From NCBI GenBank assembly GCA_050253075.1, contig JBFWJS010000005.1:206869-262776 (forward strand): a stretch of DNA of 55,908 nt, in the 5' to 3' direction. Below, one piece after another: positions 29,636 to 40,547 of this stretch. The notes beneath the pieces were generated by a model. That model was not told the origin of the DNA. It made no database searches and saw only the letters and a list, made by a program, of their open reading frames with translations. The stretch's first letter is position 1, and every line of letters starts with the position of its first letter. The DNA comes from Deferribacterales bacterium (GTDB lineage Bacteria > Chrysiogenota > Deferribacteres > Deferribacterales > Geovibrionaceae). Position numbers and translations under genes: made by a program.

Positions 29636-30609
29636 ACTTTAACCTCTATCATGTTTCCGTTGCTGCCTGTGAGGAGCTCGTCCACCTTCAGCGCAACCTT
29701 AAGGGAGCGCAGCTCGTGCTCAACCGTCACATTGCGTTTCTGCTTTCCTGTGACACAGTCGAGGAAGTGCTTTATCTCCATCTTAAGCGGGTTGTCTTTA
29801 TATACGAAGAGTTTTTCGTACATGTATTCGTTTTTATATTTCAGCTGTTTAGGACCGAATTCCTTACCTTCCTTAGCCTCACGATAGATGTTGATATCCT
29901 GTGTGGTGTAGTCGAGGTATATGAAAGCACCCTTCTGAGAAATACTCATTGTGCGGTCTTTCTTTTGTGTCACACGGCTCACGAGGATGTTTGCCACGCA
30001 GCTGTCTTCAAACTGAATGGTAACAGTGGCAAAGTCCGGCAGAGGCGAGTAGACACAGTTTCCGTGTGCCTGAACGCTTGTGATATTCTTGTTTACCATG
30101 TTCAGGATGATGTCTATATCGTGGATCATCAGGTCGAGAACAATGGAATCGTTCTTAAAGTTCGGGTTGTACGGTCCTACCCTTCTGGACTCGATAAGGT
30201 ATGGCTCGTCTGTAATGTTATCAAGCTCCTGTACTGCTCCGTTGAATCTCTCAACGTGTCCGATGTGCAGCACGAGGTTTTTCTTTTCTGCTATGTTGAA
30301 CAGCTCTGTGGCCTGCTCTATGTTTGTAGTGATAGGCTTCTCCACGAGTACGTGTTTACCGCTCTCGAGGCACTTTTTAGCTATCTCAAAGTGATGTTTT
30401 GTCGGTGCTGCAACAGTTACGGCATCCACATGCTTTAAAAGCTCTGTGAAGTCGCCCGTCATAGGATAGTTATAGTTCTGTGCAACAGCGTCCCTTGTGG
30501 CAGAGTCTGCGTCGCAGAGCATCTGCAGGTTTGATTCTGACATTTCGTCGTTAAGGTTCAGATGGTACCTGCCCATCCTTCCCAATCCGATAATACCCGT
30601 TTTAACCAT
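29632..30609 (-). CDS. Gfo/Idh/MocA oxidoreductase, probable UDP-GlcNAc 3-dehydrogenase (GnnA-like)
   Basis: GLGRMG, EKP, GHVERFN, DLMIHDID; lies between lpxA and lpxI. Confidence 0.75.
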   Translation of the reverse strand: MVKTGIIGLGRMGRYHLNLNDEMSESNLQMLCDADSATRDAVAQNYNYPMTGDFTELLKHVDAVTVAAPTKHHFEIAKKCLESGKHVLVEKPITTNIEQATELFNIAEKKNLVLHIGHVERFNGAVQELDNITDEPYLIESRRVGPYNPNFKNDSIVLDLMIHDIDIILNMVNKNITSVQAHGNCVYSPLPDFATVTIQFEDSCVANILVSRVTQKKDRTMSISQKGAFIYLDYTTQDINIYREAKEGKEFGPKQLKYKNEYMYEKLFVYKDNPLKMEIKHFLDCVTGKQKRNVTVEHELRSLKVALKVDELLTGSNGNMIEVKV

Positions 30610-30615
30610 AAATAA

Positions 30616-31386
30616 TCATCTCCGTGTAAATCCGCGTTTACTGTCTTTTAAGAAATCGGTGAATAGTTTTATTTCGTCAAACTGCTCGAGTTCCATAAGT
30701 TTTTCAGGAACGTCAGCCAGCTTGATATTAAGATTTCTGAGTATCTTAATAGCTTTTTTAAGCTCCAGTCTGGCTTCTGGCTTAACACCTCTGCGTTTCA
30801 TACCGACGATGTTCAGTCCTTCGATCTCCGCAGGGATGCCCGCAGCCATTACGAATGGAGGGATATCCTTTGAAACATTCACCCTGCCGCCGAGCATAAC
30901 ACCCATCCCCACACGTACAAACTGATGACATGCAGCATATCCGCCCGCAACGACAAAGTCGCCGACATGACAGTGGCCTGCAAATGATGCAAAGCTAGTC
31001 ATGGTGACATTGTTGCCGAGTATGCAGTCGTGAGCCACATGGGCATATGCCATGATGAAGCAGTTGTCGCCGAGGACAGTCTTCCACTCTTCTTTTGTGC
31101 TGGCTCTGTGTATGGTGGCAAATTCTCTGATTATACAGTTTTTGCCTATGATGAGCTTAGTATCCTCACCGCCAAAGCTGTAGTCCTGTGGGTCTCCGCC
31201 TATGTGGGCATTGGGATATATCTTTGTCCCTTCGCCTACGGTCGTGTTCGACTCGATCACGGCGTTGTACCCTACTGTTACGTTTTCTCCAATGACACAA
31301 TTCTTTCCGATAAATGCACCCTGTGCTATCTCTGCACTTTCTGCTATCTCACATGATGGGTCGATGATTGCGCCTTTATGTATCAT
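30616..31386 (-). CDS. lpxA: Acyl-ACP:UDP-GlcNAc acyltransferase
   Basis: Hexapeptide repeats, PQD, IREF.TIHR, HVAHDC, HQF, DIPP, GLN.VG. Confidence 0.95.
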   Translation of the reverse strand: MIHKGAIIDPSCEIAESAEIAQGAFIGKNCVIGENVTVGYNAVIESNTTVGEGTKIYPNAHIGGDPQDYSFGGEDTKLIIGKNCIIREFATIHRASTKEEWKTVLGDNCFIMAYAHVAHDCILGNNVTMTSFASFAGHCHVGDFVVAGGYAACHQFVRVGMGVMLGGRVNVSKDIPPFVMAAGIPAEIEGLNIVGMKRRGVKPEARLELKKAIKILRNLNIKLADVPEKLMELEQFDEIKLFTDFLKDSKRGFTRR

Positions 31387-31390
31387 ACAT

Positions 31391-31828
31391 TTACTCCGCA
31401 GGAGCCATCATAGCGGTCAGCTCTCCTTCACAGGCGAGCTCGCCGTTTACAAAGGCCTCTCCTTTAGCTACTACTATATTTCTTCTCTTTTTCAGAGGTG
31501 TAACTTTCATTTCAAGCTGATCGCCCGGGACAACCTGCTTACGGAATTTAACTTTATCCACTCCCATGAAAAGAGTGATAACCTTCTCAGGCGCATCTTC
31601 TCCTGCCGTCTCCATGGCATGTATGCCCGCACACTGTGCCATAGCCTCGATGATGAGAACGCCCGGCATAACCGGATACCCGGGGAAATGCCCCTGAAAG
31701 AACGGCTCGTTTATGCTGACGTTCTTCACGGCTCTGATATATTCGTCTGTGACCTCAAGCACCCTGTCCACCATGAGAAAAGGGAATCTGTGAGGAAGTC
31801 TTTTCATAATTTCATTTACATCAAGCAT
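31391..31828 (-). CDS. fabZ: 3-hydroxyacyl-ACP dehydratase
   Basis: [30 protein letters not shown]; start ATG 31828. Confidence 0.97.
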   Translation of the reverse strand: MLDVNEIMKRLPHRFPFLMVDRVLEVTDEYIRAVKNVSINEPFFQGHFPGYPVMPGVLIIEAMAQCAGIHAMETAGEDAPEKVITLFMGVDKVKFRKQVVPGDQLEMKVTPLKKRRNIVVAKGEAFVNGELACEGELTAMMAPAE

Positions 31829-32825
31829 TTTTATCTTTCTCCAATTCATTGACTCTTTTTACAAGGTTCGGCAGATCACGCACAAGGGCGACCTCACGCA
31901 TCCATGCTTTTCTGGATGTGCTTGGAATGCCGCCGTATATGCCGGGTTTATCTATGTCGGACATAACACCGCAGTTCGCAGCCAGCATAACCTTAGAGCA
32001 GATATTCACATGGTCGCTTATCCCTGCACGGGCACCGACCATAACATAATCGCCTAAAGTAGAGCTTCCTGCTATAGCAGCCTGTCCCGCCATGATGCAG
32101 TGTTTGCCTGTCACAACGTTATGAGCGACCTGAACCTGATTATCGATCTTGGTCCCTTCGCCCACGACAGTGTCGTCAAACTTGCCTTTGTCCACACAGC
32201 TGTTGGCACCTATCTCGACATCGTTTTCCAGAACAACGGAGCCGATGTGAGGTATTTTCACATTTCTCCCCTGTTTTTGATAATAGCCGAAACCATCCGC
32301 ACCGATGACAGAGCCAGAGTGGATTATAACCCTGTCTCCGAGAGTGCATCCGTCGTAAATCGTTACGTTCGGATATATGATGCAGTCCTTGCCTATCTTT
32401 ACATCCTTGCCTATCACGGCGCCGGAGTGTATATGAGAACCTTCGTCCACTGTGCTTCTGCTCCCGATAACGGCGAGCGGGTCTACTGTGACGTTCTCAT
32501 GTATGATGGCACTGTCTGAAACATATGCAGAAGGGCTTATCCCTTCGCTGCTCTCTTTCGGTGGATAAAGAGCGGTCACGGCAGCAACAAGAGCGAGCTC
32601 TGCATCGTCTGCCATGATGTATGTCTTTCCTGCTGTCAGCTCTGCATCTTTCTTTATGAGAAATGCCGCTGCAGCAGATTCAAAAACTTCGGGTGAGATA
32701 CCTTTCGCAAGCAGCGGGACAAGAGCTCCATCCTTGATGTTCTCTATGGAGGAGACGCATGTTATATCCGTATCCTCTCCCACAAGCTCGGCGTTAAGTA
32801 TTTCAGCGAGTTCTGATGCTTTCAT
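31821..32825 (-). CDS. lpxD: UDP-3-O-acylglucosamine N-acyltransferase
   Basis: Hexapeptide repeats, [25 protein letters not shown]. Confidence 0.95.
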   Translation of the reverse strand: MKASELAEILNAELVGEDTDITCVSSIENIKDGALVPLLAKGISPEVFESAAAAFLIKKDAELTAGKTYIMADDAELALVAAVTALYPPKESSEGISPSAYVSDSAIIHENVTVDPLAVIGSRSTVDEGSHIHSGAVIGKDVKIGKDCIIYPNVTIYDGCTLGDRVIIHSGSVIGADGFGYYQKQGRNVKIPHIGSVVLENDVEIGANSCVDKGKFDDTVVGEGTKIDNQVQVAHNVVTGKHCIMAGQAAIAGSSTLGDYVMVGARAGISDHVNICSKVMLAANCGVMSDIDKPGIYGGIPSTSRKAWMREVALVRDLPNLVKRVNELEKDKNA

Positions 32826-33340
32826 TATTTTCCTTGTTTAAACACGTTGTCGTATCTTTTGATAACGTTTTCTGTGATGTCCACAGTGTCTGCTCTGTAA
32901 AGAACGGCAGAGTTCTGCTCTTCGAGGATGACTTCGTATCCGAGCTCTTTACCGAGGTCCTGTACTATCTTAAGAACTTCATCCTGAACTCTCTTAAGGT
33001 GTCTCATTTCGAGTCTTTTGAGCTCTTTTGAGTAGTCTTCTTTTGTTGTGTTGAAGTTTCTGATCTCACGCTGGATGTCTGTTCTCTTTTTCTCTTTTGT
33101 CTCCGGTTTATACACGCTTTCTTTCTGAGCGTATTCGTCCTGCATAGCTTTTATTTTATCGCCAAGTACCTGAAGTTTCTTGTCATAGTCGTCAGCAGCT
33201 GTCTGGAGTTTGTTATAAACATCCTTACCTGATTCAGACTGCTTAAGAATCTCCTGGAAGCTCACTACACCTATTTTAGCAAAGGCATTTACACTGAATG
33301 CCATCATCAAAATAATTACGATAACTGAAATACGTTTCAT
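32825..33340 (-). CDS. skp: Periplasmic chaperone Skp/OmpH
   Basis: Signal peptide, KIGVV, coiled coil, DIT; bamA-skp-lpxD order. Confidence 0.88.
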   Translation of the reverse strand: MKRISVIVIILMMAFSVNAFAKIGVVSFQEILKQSESGKDVYNKLQTAADDYDKKLQVLGDKIKAMQDEYAQKESVYKPETKEKKRTDIQREIRNFNTTKEDYSKELKRLEMRHLKRVQDEVLKIVQDLGKELGYEVILEEQNSAVLYRADTVDITENVIKRYDNVFKQGK

Positions 33341-33374
33341 CAAAATCCTCCTAGTATATGAAAAAAATTAAATT

Positions 33375-35612
33375 TTAAAGCATACCGCCGATGGAAAATT
33401 CCCATTTTCCTTTATTGTTTCCGCTTGGGTCGTCAAGCGGGATACCATACTCCAGCCTGAGCGGTCCAATCGGACTGTACCATCTGAAACCTGCACCGTA
33501 TGATCTGAATATATCTCCGTCGAAATACATCGTACCCTCTTCGAGAGCCTGACCCATATCGTAGAAGACAAGACCCATAAGCTGTGCGCTCTTCACGACT
33601 GGGAAGCTGATCTCAAGGTTGACCTGATCATATTTATCACCGCCGTATCTGTTGCCGTCTCTATCCAGCGGAGATATATCACCATAGTCATAACCTCTTA
33701 CGCTGTACATACCGCCGAGACGGAAACGCTCACCGATAGGCAGTTCCTTGCCGTTATATGCATACAGTTTACCTATCTCAAAGTTACCCATGAATGTGAA
33801 ATCCGCAAACAGAGGGAAGTAATGTGTATAGGTGAAACCTGTTTTGACATAGTCATTATCACCGCCGAGAAGTCCGCCGGCAATTTTAGAGAATATAACA
33901 GCCTTATTACCTCTTGTAGGGTTATAAGGATGGTTTACTGTTGTCCATTTAGCAGTAGGGGTGAAACTGATAGTTGTTGTCTCGCCCTCCTGCTCGCTGA
34001 TGATGTATGATGCATCGTCATCCAGATCGGAAATGTCCACAACTTCATATCTCAGTCTGTAGCTGAGGAAGAGTTTACGCTTTATCGGCTGGTGGCCGAT
34101 ACCGATGGCGATACCTTCTGAGTTCTTTGTATATTCATAGTACTCACGCTCTGTTTTAAAGAGGTTCACGTCGAAGCTGTAAGGCTTGTCGAAGAGCCAC
34201 GGGTTGACAAAGCTGATGCTGTAGTCTGCTTTCTTTTCGGATATTTCAGACTTGATAGTAGCCTCATAGCCTTTACCGAAGAGGTTCTTCTGTGTGAGAG
34301 ACACCATACCCGTGAGGTTATCCACAGAGGAGTATCCCGCACCGATGCTGAACATACCGGTCATCTTATCCGTTACTTCAACATCAAGGTCGACCTTATC
34401 CGCTGCGATAGGTGTTTCAGAAACTCTGACCTCGCCGAAGTAATCGGTGAATTCAAGGTGAGCCTTAGAAGCATTGATGTCTGTACTGCTGTAAAGGTCG
34501 CCTTCCACAAGGTCGAACTCACGTCTTATTACCCTGTCTCTGGACTTTGTATTACCTCTGATGTTTATCCTGTTGATATAAACAAGCTGATTTTCTTCTA
34601 TGCTGTATCTGATAGATACTGTCTCTGCCTCATCATTGAGGGCTGAGCTTGGGCTTACGTTTGCATACGCATATCCGATTTTAGTAAACTGGGATGTGAT
34701 GCGTTTGATGTCGTCCTGATACTGCTCGATGTTGAACCAGTCGCCTGTTTTCAGCAGTGCGGCCTTTTTCAAGTCTTCAAGCTCCACAGACTTATACCCG
34801 TCGAACTCTATATCGCCGACCTTATATCTCTTACCTTCTTCGATAACGATGGTAAGGTCGATTTTTTTCTTATCCTCGGAAAGGTTGATGCGGGGCTCGC
34901 CCACCTGAACCTTTGCGTATCCGTCACGGAGATAGATACCTTTGATCTTATCCATATCAATGGCGAGCTGTGTCTTTTTCAGCTTTCCGCTGCCCGATAT
35001 CCACGACCAGAATCCCTTCTCGGATGTGTCGATCTCTTTTAATATCTCTTTACGTTTGAAGTGTTTATTACCGATGATGTTGATATTATAAATTCTTGCC
35101 TCAACACCTTCGTCTATGATGTAGACAACGTCTACAGTGTTGTTATCTCTCTCTTCGATGTCTACGGTGATACCGACGGAATAGAACTTCTCGTCGTGAT
35201 ATTTTTCCTGAATGATCTGAAGGTTAGCTTCGACTTTTCTATTATCGAGGATCTGCCCTGTCATAGGGACCAGCTCTTCCTGCAAAAGCGATGCTTTTAA
35301 TTCGGAGTTACCGTTAAAGATAACGCTGTTTACGTAAGGCTTCTCTTTAACAATATAAACAATGACCAGACGGTCGTCGTCCAGTCTCATATCTACCTTT
35401 ACGTCAGTGATAATATCGGCGCTGAACAGGTTTTTGATACTGTTGTCGATGTCTGCCATATTGAACTCTTCCCCTGATTCAACGGCATACTTAAGGATGG
35501 TCTCGGTAGGTACTCTTCTGTTCCCCTCAACCTCGACTGCGTCGATTACTGCAGCGAATGAGTTAGCTGCAAAGAGAAAAATCAGAGCAATAAAAAAAAA
35601 ATACTTCTTCAT
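33375..35612 (-). CDS. bamA: Outer-membrane protein assembly factor BamA
   Basis: POTRA repeats, GNTKSRDRVIRRE, VRGY, W.SPIGPL. Confidence 0.95.
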   Translation of the reverse strand: MKKYFFFIALIFLFAANSFAAVIDAVEVEGNRRVPTETILKYAVESGEEFNMADIDNSIKNLFSADIITDVKVDMRLDDDRLVIVYIVKEKPYVNSVIFNGNSELKASLLQEELVPMTGQILDNRKVEANLQIIQEKYHDEKFYSVGITVDIEERDNNTVDVVYIIDEGVEARIYNINIIGNKHFKRKEILKEIDTSEKGFWSWISGSGKLKKTQLAIDMDKIKGIYLRDGYAKVQVGEPRINLSEDKKKIDLTIVIEEGKRYKVGDIEFDGYKSVELEDLKKAALLKTGDWFNIEQYQDDIKRITSQFTKIGYAYANVSPSSALNDEAETVSIRYSIEENQLVYINRINIRGNTKSRDRVIRREFDLVEGDLYSSTDINASKAHLEFTDYFGEVRVSETPIAADKVDLDVEVTDKMTGMFSIGAGYSSVDNLTGMVSLTQKNLFGKGYEATIKSEISEKKADYSISFVNPWLFDKPYSFDVNLFKTEREYYEYTKNSEGIAIGIGHQPIKRKLFLSYRLRYEVVDISDLDDDASYIISEQEGETTTISFTPTAKWTTVNHPYNPTRGNKAVIFSKIAGGLLGGDNDYVKTGFTYTHYFPLFADFTFMGNFEIGKLYAYNGKELPIGERFRLGGMYSVRGYDYGDISPLDRDGNRYGGDKYDQVNLEISFPVVKSAQLMGLVFYDMGQALEEGTMYFDGDIFRSYGAGFRWYSPIGPLRLEYGIPLDDPSGNNKGKWEFSIGGML

Positions 35613-36238
35613 ACTGACTCCACGGTATCTATGATTTCCTTGATTCTGTCATATTTAACCTTAGCCATACTCTTATTGCCTATAAGCCTCGCCGTGGATT
35701 CCAGAATGGTCTCCACCTCTATCAGCCCGTTCTTTTTCAGAGTCTGCCCTGTGGAGACAAGGTCGACGATAAAATCAGAAAGACCGACAATAGGCGAAAG
35801 CTCAATAGAGCCGTAAAGTTTAATGGTCTCAACAAAAACACCTCTGCCGGCGAAGAAATCCTTTGTCAGCATTGGATATTTGGTAGCAACTACCATATCG
35901 TGTCTATATGAGAGGTCGCTCTCTTTCACCCCTGCGACGCACAGCCTGCAATAGCCGAAGCCGAGGTCGAGATATTCATAAACATCACTGCCTGACTCGA
36001 GCAGGATATCCTTTCCCACGACGCCGATGTCTGCCGCGCCGTGCTCCACATATGTGGAAACATCCATGTTACGAACCATCATAAAGTTTATGTTGTTCTT
36101 CTCGTCGTAAAAGGTGAGTCTTCTGGAATTAAAGTCCACAACCCCTTCATTAGTGATACCTTTCTTAAGGAAAAGTTCAATTGTATCTTCAGCCAGCCTG
36201 CCCTTAGGCAGAGCGACATTTACGCAGTTTTCGTTCAT
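35609..36238 (-). CDS. hisG: ATP phosphoribosyltransferase, short form
   Basis: ALPKGRL, ATKYP, GSIEL.P..GL.D.IVDLVSTG.TL; 209 aa, lacks the C-terminal regulatory domain. Confidence 0.95.
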   Translation of the reverse strand: MNENCVNVALPKGRLAEDTIELFLKKGITNEGVVDFNSRRLTFYDEKNNINFMMVRNMDVSTYVEHGAADIGVVGKDILLESGSDVYEYLDLGFGYCRLCVAGVKESDLSYRHDMVVATKYPMLTKDFFAGRGVFVETIKLYGSIELSPIVGLSDFIVDLVSTGQTLKKNGLIEVETILESTARLIGNKSMAKVKYDRIKEIIDTVESV

Positions 36239-37494
36239 TCTTTTACCCGTTTAAGTTTAGCTCCCACACCTGTGAGTTTTTCTTCAAAATGCTCATAGCC
36301 TCTGTCGAGGTGATACAGCCTTGAGACAACAGTCTCGCCCTCTGCCATAAGCCCCGCTATCACAAGGCTGGCACTGGCTCTCAGGTCAGACGCCATGACA
36401 GGCGCACCCGTCAGCTTGCCCACACCTTTGATGATGGCTGATTTATCTTTCAGATTGATGTTCGCCCCCATCCTTTTCAGCTCGCCCACATGCATGAAGC
36501 GGTTTTCAAAGATGGTCTCAGTAGCGACGGAGACACCCTCGCTGCATGCCATCACAGCCATAAACTGCGCCTGCATATCAGTGGGGAATCCCGGATAAGG
36601 GAGTGTTGTTATATCTGTAGCACACAGAGTCTTGGTCTTTTTGACCCTCAGTGTGGTATCGTTCAGTTTCTCTATCTCGAGCCCCGCCTCGGACAGCTTG
36701 TCCAGAGTGGTTCTCATCTGCTGTACGGGAACATTCGTCAGCTCAATTTCTCCGCCTGCGCCCGCCACACAGCAGATAAATGTACCTGCCTCTATCCTGT
36801 CGGGCATGACGATGTAGTCTGCGCTGTTCAGAGACTTCATCCCTTTGATGCGTATCTCTTTTGTACCTTCGCCCTCGATGTCTGCACCCATCTTTTTAAG
36901 GAAACGGGCGAGGTCGACGACCTCAGGCTCCTGAGCGGCATTGCGGAGCACTGTCACCCCGTCTGCCAGCGTAGCAGCCATCATTATGTTCTCAGTACCG
37001 GTGACGGTAACTATGTCGAATGTGATCTCTGCGCCTTTCAGCCTTTCACACACAGCCTCGACATATCCGTGCTCCATTTTTATCTCTGCGCCCATGGCTT
37101 CGAGAGCTTTCAGGTGGAGGTCAACAGGGCGTTCGCCTATCGCACATCCGCCCGGGAGGGAGACACGTGCACGTCCCTTCCTCGCAACCAGTGGCCCGAG
37201 GGTGAGAACGCTCGCACGCATGGTTTTCACCAGTTCATACGGAGCTTCTATTTTATTTTTGTTGTTTTTGCTTTTGAGGGAGACTGTTCTGCCTTCCCTT
37301 TTTGATGAAATACCGAGCTCTTTCAGGAGTTTGAGCATTGTGTCGATGTCGACCAGCTCAGGAGCCTCGGATATCTGGAATTCGCCGTCTGCGAGGATGA
37401 CCGCTGCCAGGATAGGCAGAGCCGCATTTTTGGCACCGCTGACACGTATAGAGCCCTTAAGCTCGTGTCCGCCTTCTATTACAAGTTTGTCCAA
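36235..37494 (-). CDS. murA: UDP-GlcNAc 1-carboxyvinyltransferase
   Basis: GAKNAALP, LPGGCAIG (active Cys), PDRIEAGT, FPTDMQAQ, DLRA, LDRGY. Confidence 0.97.
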   Translation of the reverse strand: MDKLVIEGGHELKGSIRVSGAKNAALPILAAVILADGEFQISEAPELVDIDTMLKLLKELGISSKREGRTVSLKSKNNKNKIEAPYELVKTMRASVLTLGPLVARKGRARVSLPGGCAIGERPVDLHLKALEAMGAEIKMEHGYVEAVCERLKGAEITFDIVTVTGTENIMMAATLADGVTVLRNAAQEPEVVDLARFLKKMGADIEGEGTKEIRIKGMKSLNSADYIVMPDRIEAGTFICCVAGAGGEIELTNVPVQQMRTTLDKLSEAGLEIEKLNDTTLRVKKTKTLCATDITTLPYPGFPTDMQAQFMAVMACSEGVSVATETIFENRFMHVGELKRMGANINLKDKSAIIKGVGKLTGAPVMASDLRASASLVIAGLMAEGETVVSRLYHLDRGYEHFEEKLTGVGAKLKRVKE

Positions 37495-38297
37495 CTAACT
37501 ACCCTTTCAATTTGCTGATAATCTCTGATTACAGCCCACCCCGCTGCGTAGCCTTCAGCAATCAATTTTTCATACTGCCCAAGCCCAAGCTCAAAGAATG
37601 CGCCACACCAGCTTTTATTGCATAATTCGGGTATCATGTCCAATATTTTTTTGTAAAAGAGCAGGTCGTCGTCCCCTGCGGAAAGTGCAATTTTAGGTTC
37701 ATATTTCAATGATTTATCCGAGGATTCCCACTCAGTCTCCGACAGATAGGGCGGATTGCACGTTATGATGTCGAATTTCTCCGTGAGAATAGAGCCAAGC
37801 CGAAGTGCATCACCGCATATAAGCCCCGCTCTGTCAGACAGATTCTGCCTGTGGAGATTCTGCGCCGTGACACCCAGTGCGCCTTCGCTGATGTCCACAC
37901 CTATGCCCGTGGAGTTCGGCAGGTGACTGAGCAGTGTGGTCAGTATGCATCCTGAGCCGGTGCATATGTCCAGTATGCGCAGGTTCTCTTTTCCGTTTGC
38001 AAACTTCAGCACTTCGTCGATGAGTATCTCCGTCTCCGGTCTGGGAATCAGTACATTCTCATCCACATACATATCTGTGCCGTAAAAATTTTTATTATTA
38101 ATAATATAGGCAAGAGGTTCGCCGTTTCTGAAACGCTCCAGCAGCGCATCGGCATCGGATGTATCCACCTCTTCCGAAAGGGACAGGGGTATCCTGTCAT
38201 AGGCTATGCCCGAGATGTGTGATAGAAACTCGATGGCATCGCTTCTATTCTGAAAATATTCAGACTGAAGGTGTTTCAGATACTCAGCTATTTTCAC
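37479..38297 (-). CDS. prmC: Release factor glutamine methyltransferase
   Basis: GEPLAYI, VLIPRPETE, DICTGSGCI, NPPY. Confidence 0.93.
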   Translation of the reverse strand: MKIAEYLKHLQSEYFQNRSDAIEFLSHISGIAYDRIPLSLSEEVDTSDADALLERFRNGEPLAYIINNKNFYGTDMYVDENVLIPRPETEILIDEVLKFANGKENLRILDICTGSGCILTTLLSHLPNSTGIGVDISEGALGVTAQNLHRQNLSDRAGLICGDALRLGSILTEKFDIITCNPPYLSETEWESSDKSLKYEPKIALSAGDDDLLFYKKILDMIPELCNKSWCGAFFELGLGQYEKLIAEGYAAGWAVIRDYQQIERVVSWTNL

Positions 38298-38313
38298 AAT
38301 TCACCGAACACTT

Positions 38314-38403
38314 GTCACTGCGAAGCTCTGAAAGAGCTGCGGCAGTCTCTGGACTCGTTAATAATATCAAAGATTGCCACGTCGTTACACTCCTCGCAAT
38401 GAC
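38314..38403. repeat. REP-like palindromic doublet between prfA and prmC
   Basis: GTCACTGCGAAGCTCTGAAAGAGCTGCGGCAGTCT..AGATTGCCACGTCGTTACACTCCTCGCAATGAC. Confidence 0.85.
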
Positions 38404-38413
38404 CGAAAATAGC

Positions 38414-39481
38414 TTATAAGCCGCTTTCCTGGAGGCGTTCCGCCTGATCAAAAGCGATAGTCGCATCTATCATATCTTCCATCTCACCGAGGAGAAATCT
38501 GTCAAGGTTTGCAGATTCTTTGATACGGTGGTCTGTCACTCTGTTCTGAGGGAAGTTGTATGTGCGGATACGTTCGCTTCTGTCGCCGGAGCCCACCTGA
38601 AGTTTACGGCTTGCAGCCTCTGCGGACTGTTTCTTCTGAATCTCTGCTTCGAGTATTCTCGATTTAAGGAGCTTCATGGCCTTTTCACGGTTTTTGATCT
38701 GGCTTCTCTCGTCCTGACATGAAACAACAACCCCCGAAGGGATGTGTGTTATACGCACGGCAGAGTCTGTGGTGTTTACGTGCTGACCGCCCGCACCGCT
38801 CGCACGGTAAACGTCGATACGTAGGTCTTTCTGCTCTATGTGGACGTCCACGTCCTCCGCTTCGGGGAGAACGGCTACAGTGCATGCAGATGTGTGGATA
38901 CGTCCGCCTGATTCTGTCTCAGGCACACGCTGTACGCGGTGTCCGCCAGCTTCGAATTTCAGCTTTGAGTATGCTCCGTGACCCTTCACGAGAGCCACCA
39001 CTTCTTTATATCCGCCGACACCAGTTTCGTTAAAGTCTACGACCTCAACTTTCCAATTGTTCATCTCGGCGTATCTCGAATACATTTTCAGCAGGTCAAC
39101 AGCGAAAAGCGACGCTTCGTCACCGCCCGTACCTGCACGTATTTCAAGGAATATGTTCTTATCATCGTATGGGTCTTTGGTCAGCAGGGATTTCTTAAGC
39201 TCGTCTTCGAGATCATCCAGAACGCCCTTCTTCTCTTCGAGCTCCATTTCGGCAAGTTCGACAAGGTCCTTGTCGTCGGATGTTTCGACAATGTTCTCCG
39301 CCTCTTCTATGGCAGTCTTTTCAGCGAGATACTCTTCGTATTTTTCCACGACAGGCTTAAGCTCTGCGTGTTCCTTCGCTGTCTTCTGAAAGAGAGCGTT
39401 GTCTTTCATCAGATCAGGCTCAACCAGCCTTTTCTCAAGCTCGTAATATCTCTTTTTGACTTCGTCTAACTTATCAAACAT
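38414..39481 (-). CDS. prfA: Peptide chain release factor 1
   Basis: [14 protein letters not shown] (PxT) motif, GGQHVN. Confidence 0.97.
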   Translation of the reverse strand: MFDKLDEVKKRYYELEKRLVEPDLMKDNALFQKTAKEHAELKPVVEKYEEYLAEKTAIEEAENIVETSDDKDLVELAEMELEEKKGVLDDLEDELKKSLLTKDPYDDKNIFLEIRAGTGGDEASLFAVDLLKMYSRYAEMNNWKVEVVDFNETGVGGYKEVVALVKGHGAYSKLKFEAGGHRVQRVPETESGGRIHTSACTVAVLPEAEDVDVHIEQKDLRIDVYRASGAGGQHVNTTDSAVRITHIPSGVVVSCQDERSQIKNREKAMKLLKSRILEAEIQKKQSAEAASRKLQVGSGDRSERIRTYNFPQNRVTDHRIKESANLDRFLLGEMEDMIDATIAFDQAERLQESGL

Positions 39482-39572
39482 CCTCTACTCCAAATGTGCT
39501 TTCATGCTTTATATCATGAATAAGTATATATTGATAACGGATAAAATATCTTTAAATATTAAGTACGTAATT

Positions 39573-40475
39573 TTAGTTTACTAATGTAATACCTTCTTCA
39601 GGTATAGACATGTCTAAAGATGCTCTGATGGATATCAGTGCTACTTCGAGCTGGCTGTCGTCGGGCTCCTGTGTCGTGATCTTCTGCACAAACAGCCCCG
39701 GCAGTATAAGTATCTTTACTATAGGATTATTAAAGTGCTTTCCGCTGAATTTAAGTATCTCGTAGCTCACGCCTGCGATAACAGGGATGAAGACAAGCCT
39801 TGCACCCAGCTTTATAAGGAAATGCGCATCATTAGGTATAAGCGAGAATGTCATGATGCACACCAGCATAAGTATGATAAGGAAGCTGGTACCGCATCTG
39901 GGGTGAAACCTGCTCTGCTGACGTGCATTTTCAACAGTGAGCTCAAGCCCCTGCTCGTATGTGAAGATAGCCTTGTGCTCTGCTCCGTGATACTGAAACA
40001 CCCGCTTGATATCCTTCATAAAAGATATCACCCATACATACACCACAAAGAATATAACACGGACAACACCGTCTATGGCGTTATACAGCAGAGAGGAATC
40101 CTTCACCGCGGGCCATATATGCTTTGTAAGGTCTGTTATCTGCAGAGGCAGATAGATGAACAGTAGCAGACCGAGGCCTATACCTGTGGCCATACTGAGA
40201 AACATAGCCCACTTGCCCACATGCTCTTCGCCCTCGCCTGTAGAGTGGTAAGCGCTGAAATTAAGCGCACGGATACCCAGTATCAGCGCATCATAGAGAG
40301 CTATCAGCCCTCTGACCAGCGGCTTTTTGAAGAACCAGTTTTTATCTATCTTTACTTCCTCTTTTTTGAGGACTATCTCGTCTTTACTCTTTCTAACAGC
40401 TATGACAAACTTCTCCGGGGCACGCATCATTACGCCCTCGATGACAGCCTGTCCTCCAATATTCGGTTTTGACAT
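39573..40475 (-). CDS. DUF1385 membrane protein
   Basis: IGGQAVIEGVMM, YHGAEHK, HPRCGTSF, TTQEPD. Confidence 0.92.
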   Translation of the reverse strand: MSKPNIGGQAVIEGVMMRAPEKFVIAVRKSKDEIVLKKEEVKIDKNWFFKKPLVRGLIALYDALILGIRALNFSAYHSTGEGEEHVGKWAMFLSMATGIGLGLLLFIYLPLQITDLTKHIWPAVKDSSLLYNAIDGVVRVIFFVVYVWVISFMKDIKRVFQYHGAEHKAIFTYEQGLELTVENARQQSRFHPRCGTSFLIILMLVCIMTFSLIPNDAHFLIKLGARLVFIPVIAGVSYEILKFSGKHFNNPIVKILILPGLFVQKITTQEPDDSQLEVALISIRASLDMSIPEEGITLVN

Positions 40476-40547
40476 TTAGATTAAACTCCTATCACTTTCA
40501 GATTGCTAGTATAGGAATTTTCCGCAAAATTTCCAGTGATTTCGGTA

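Noticed and set aside
35592..35601. A10 tract in the bamA signal-peptide region as a phase-variation switch
   Set aside because: Encodes in-frame Phe codons of an essential gene; no frameshift present
36490..37305. 271-aa ORF antisense to murA; similar ORFs lie opposite fliH (50704-51570), the gnnA-like gene and the U32 gene
   Set aside because: Fully overlap confident genes; explained by codon bias; no recognisable domains
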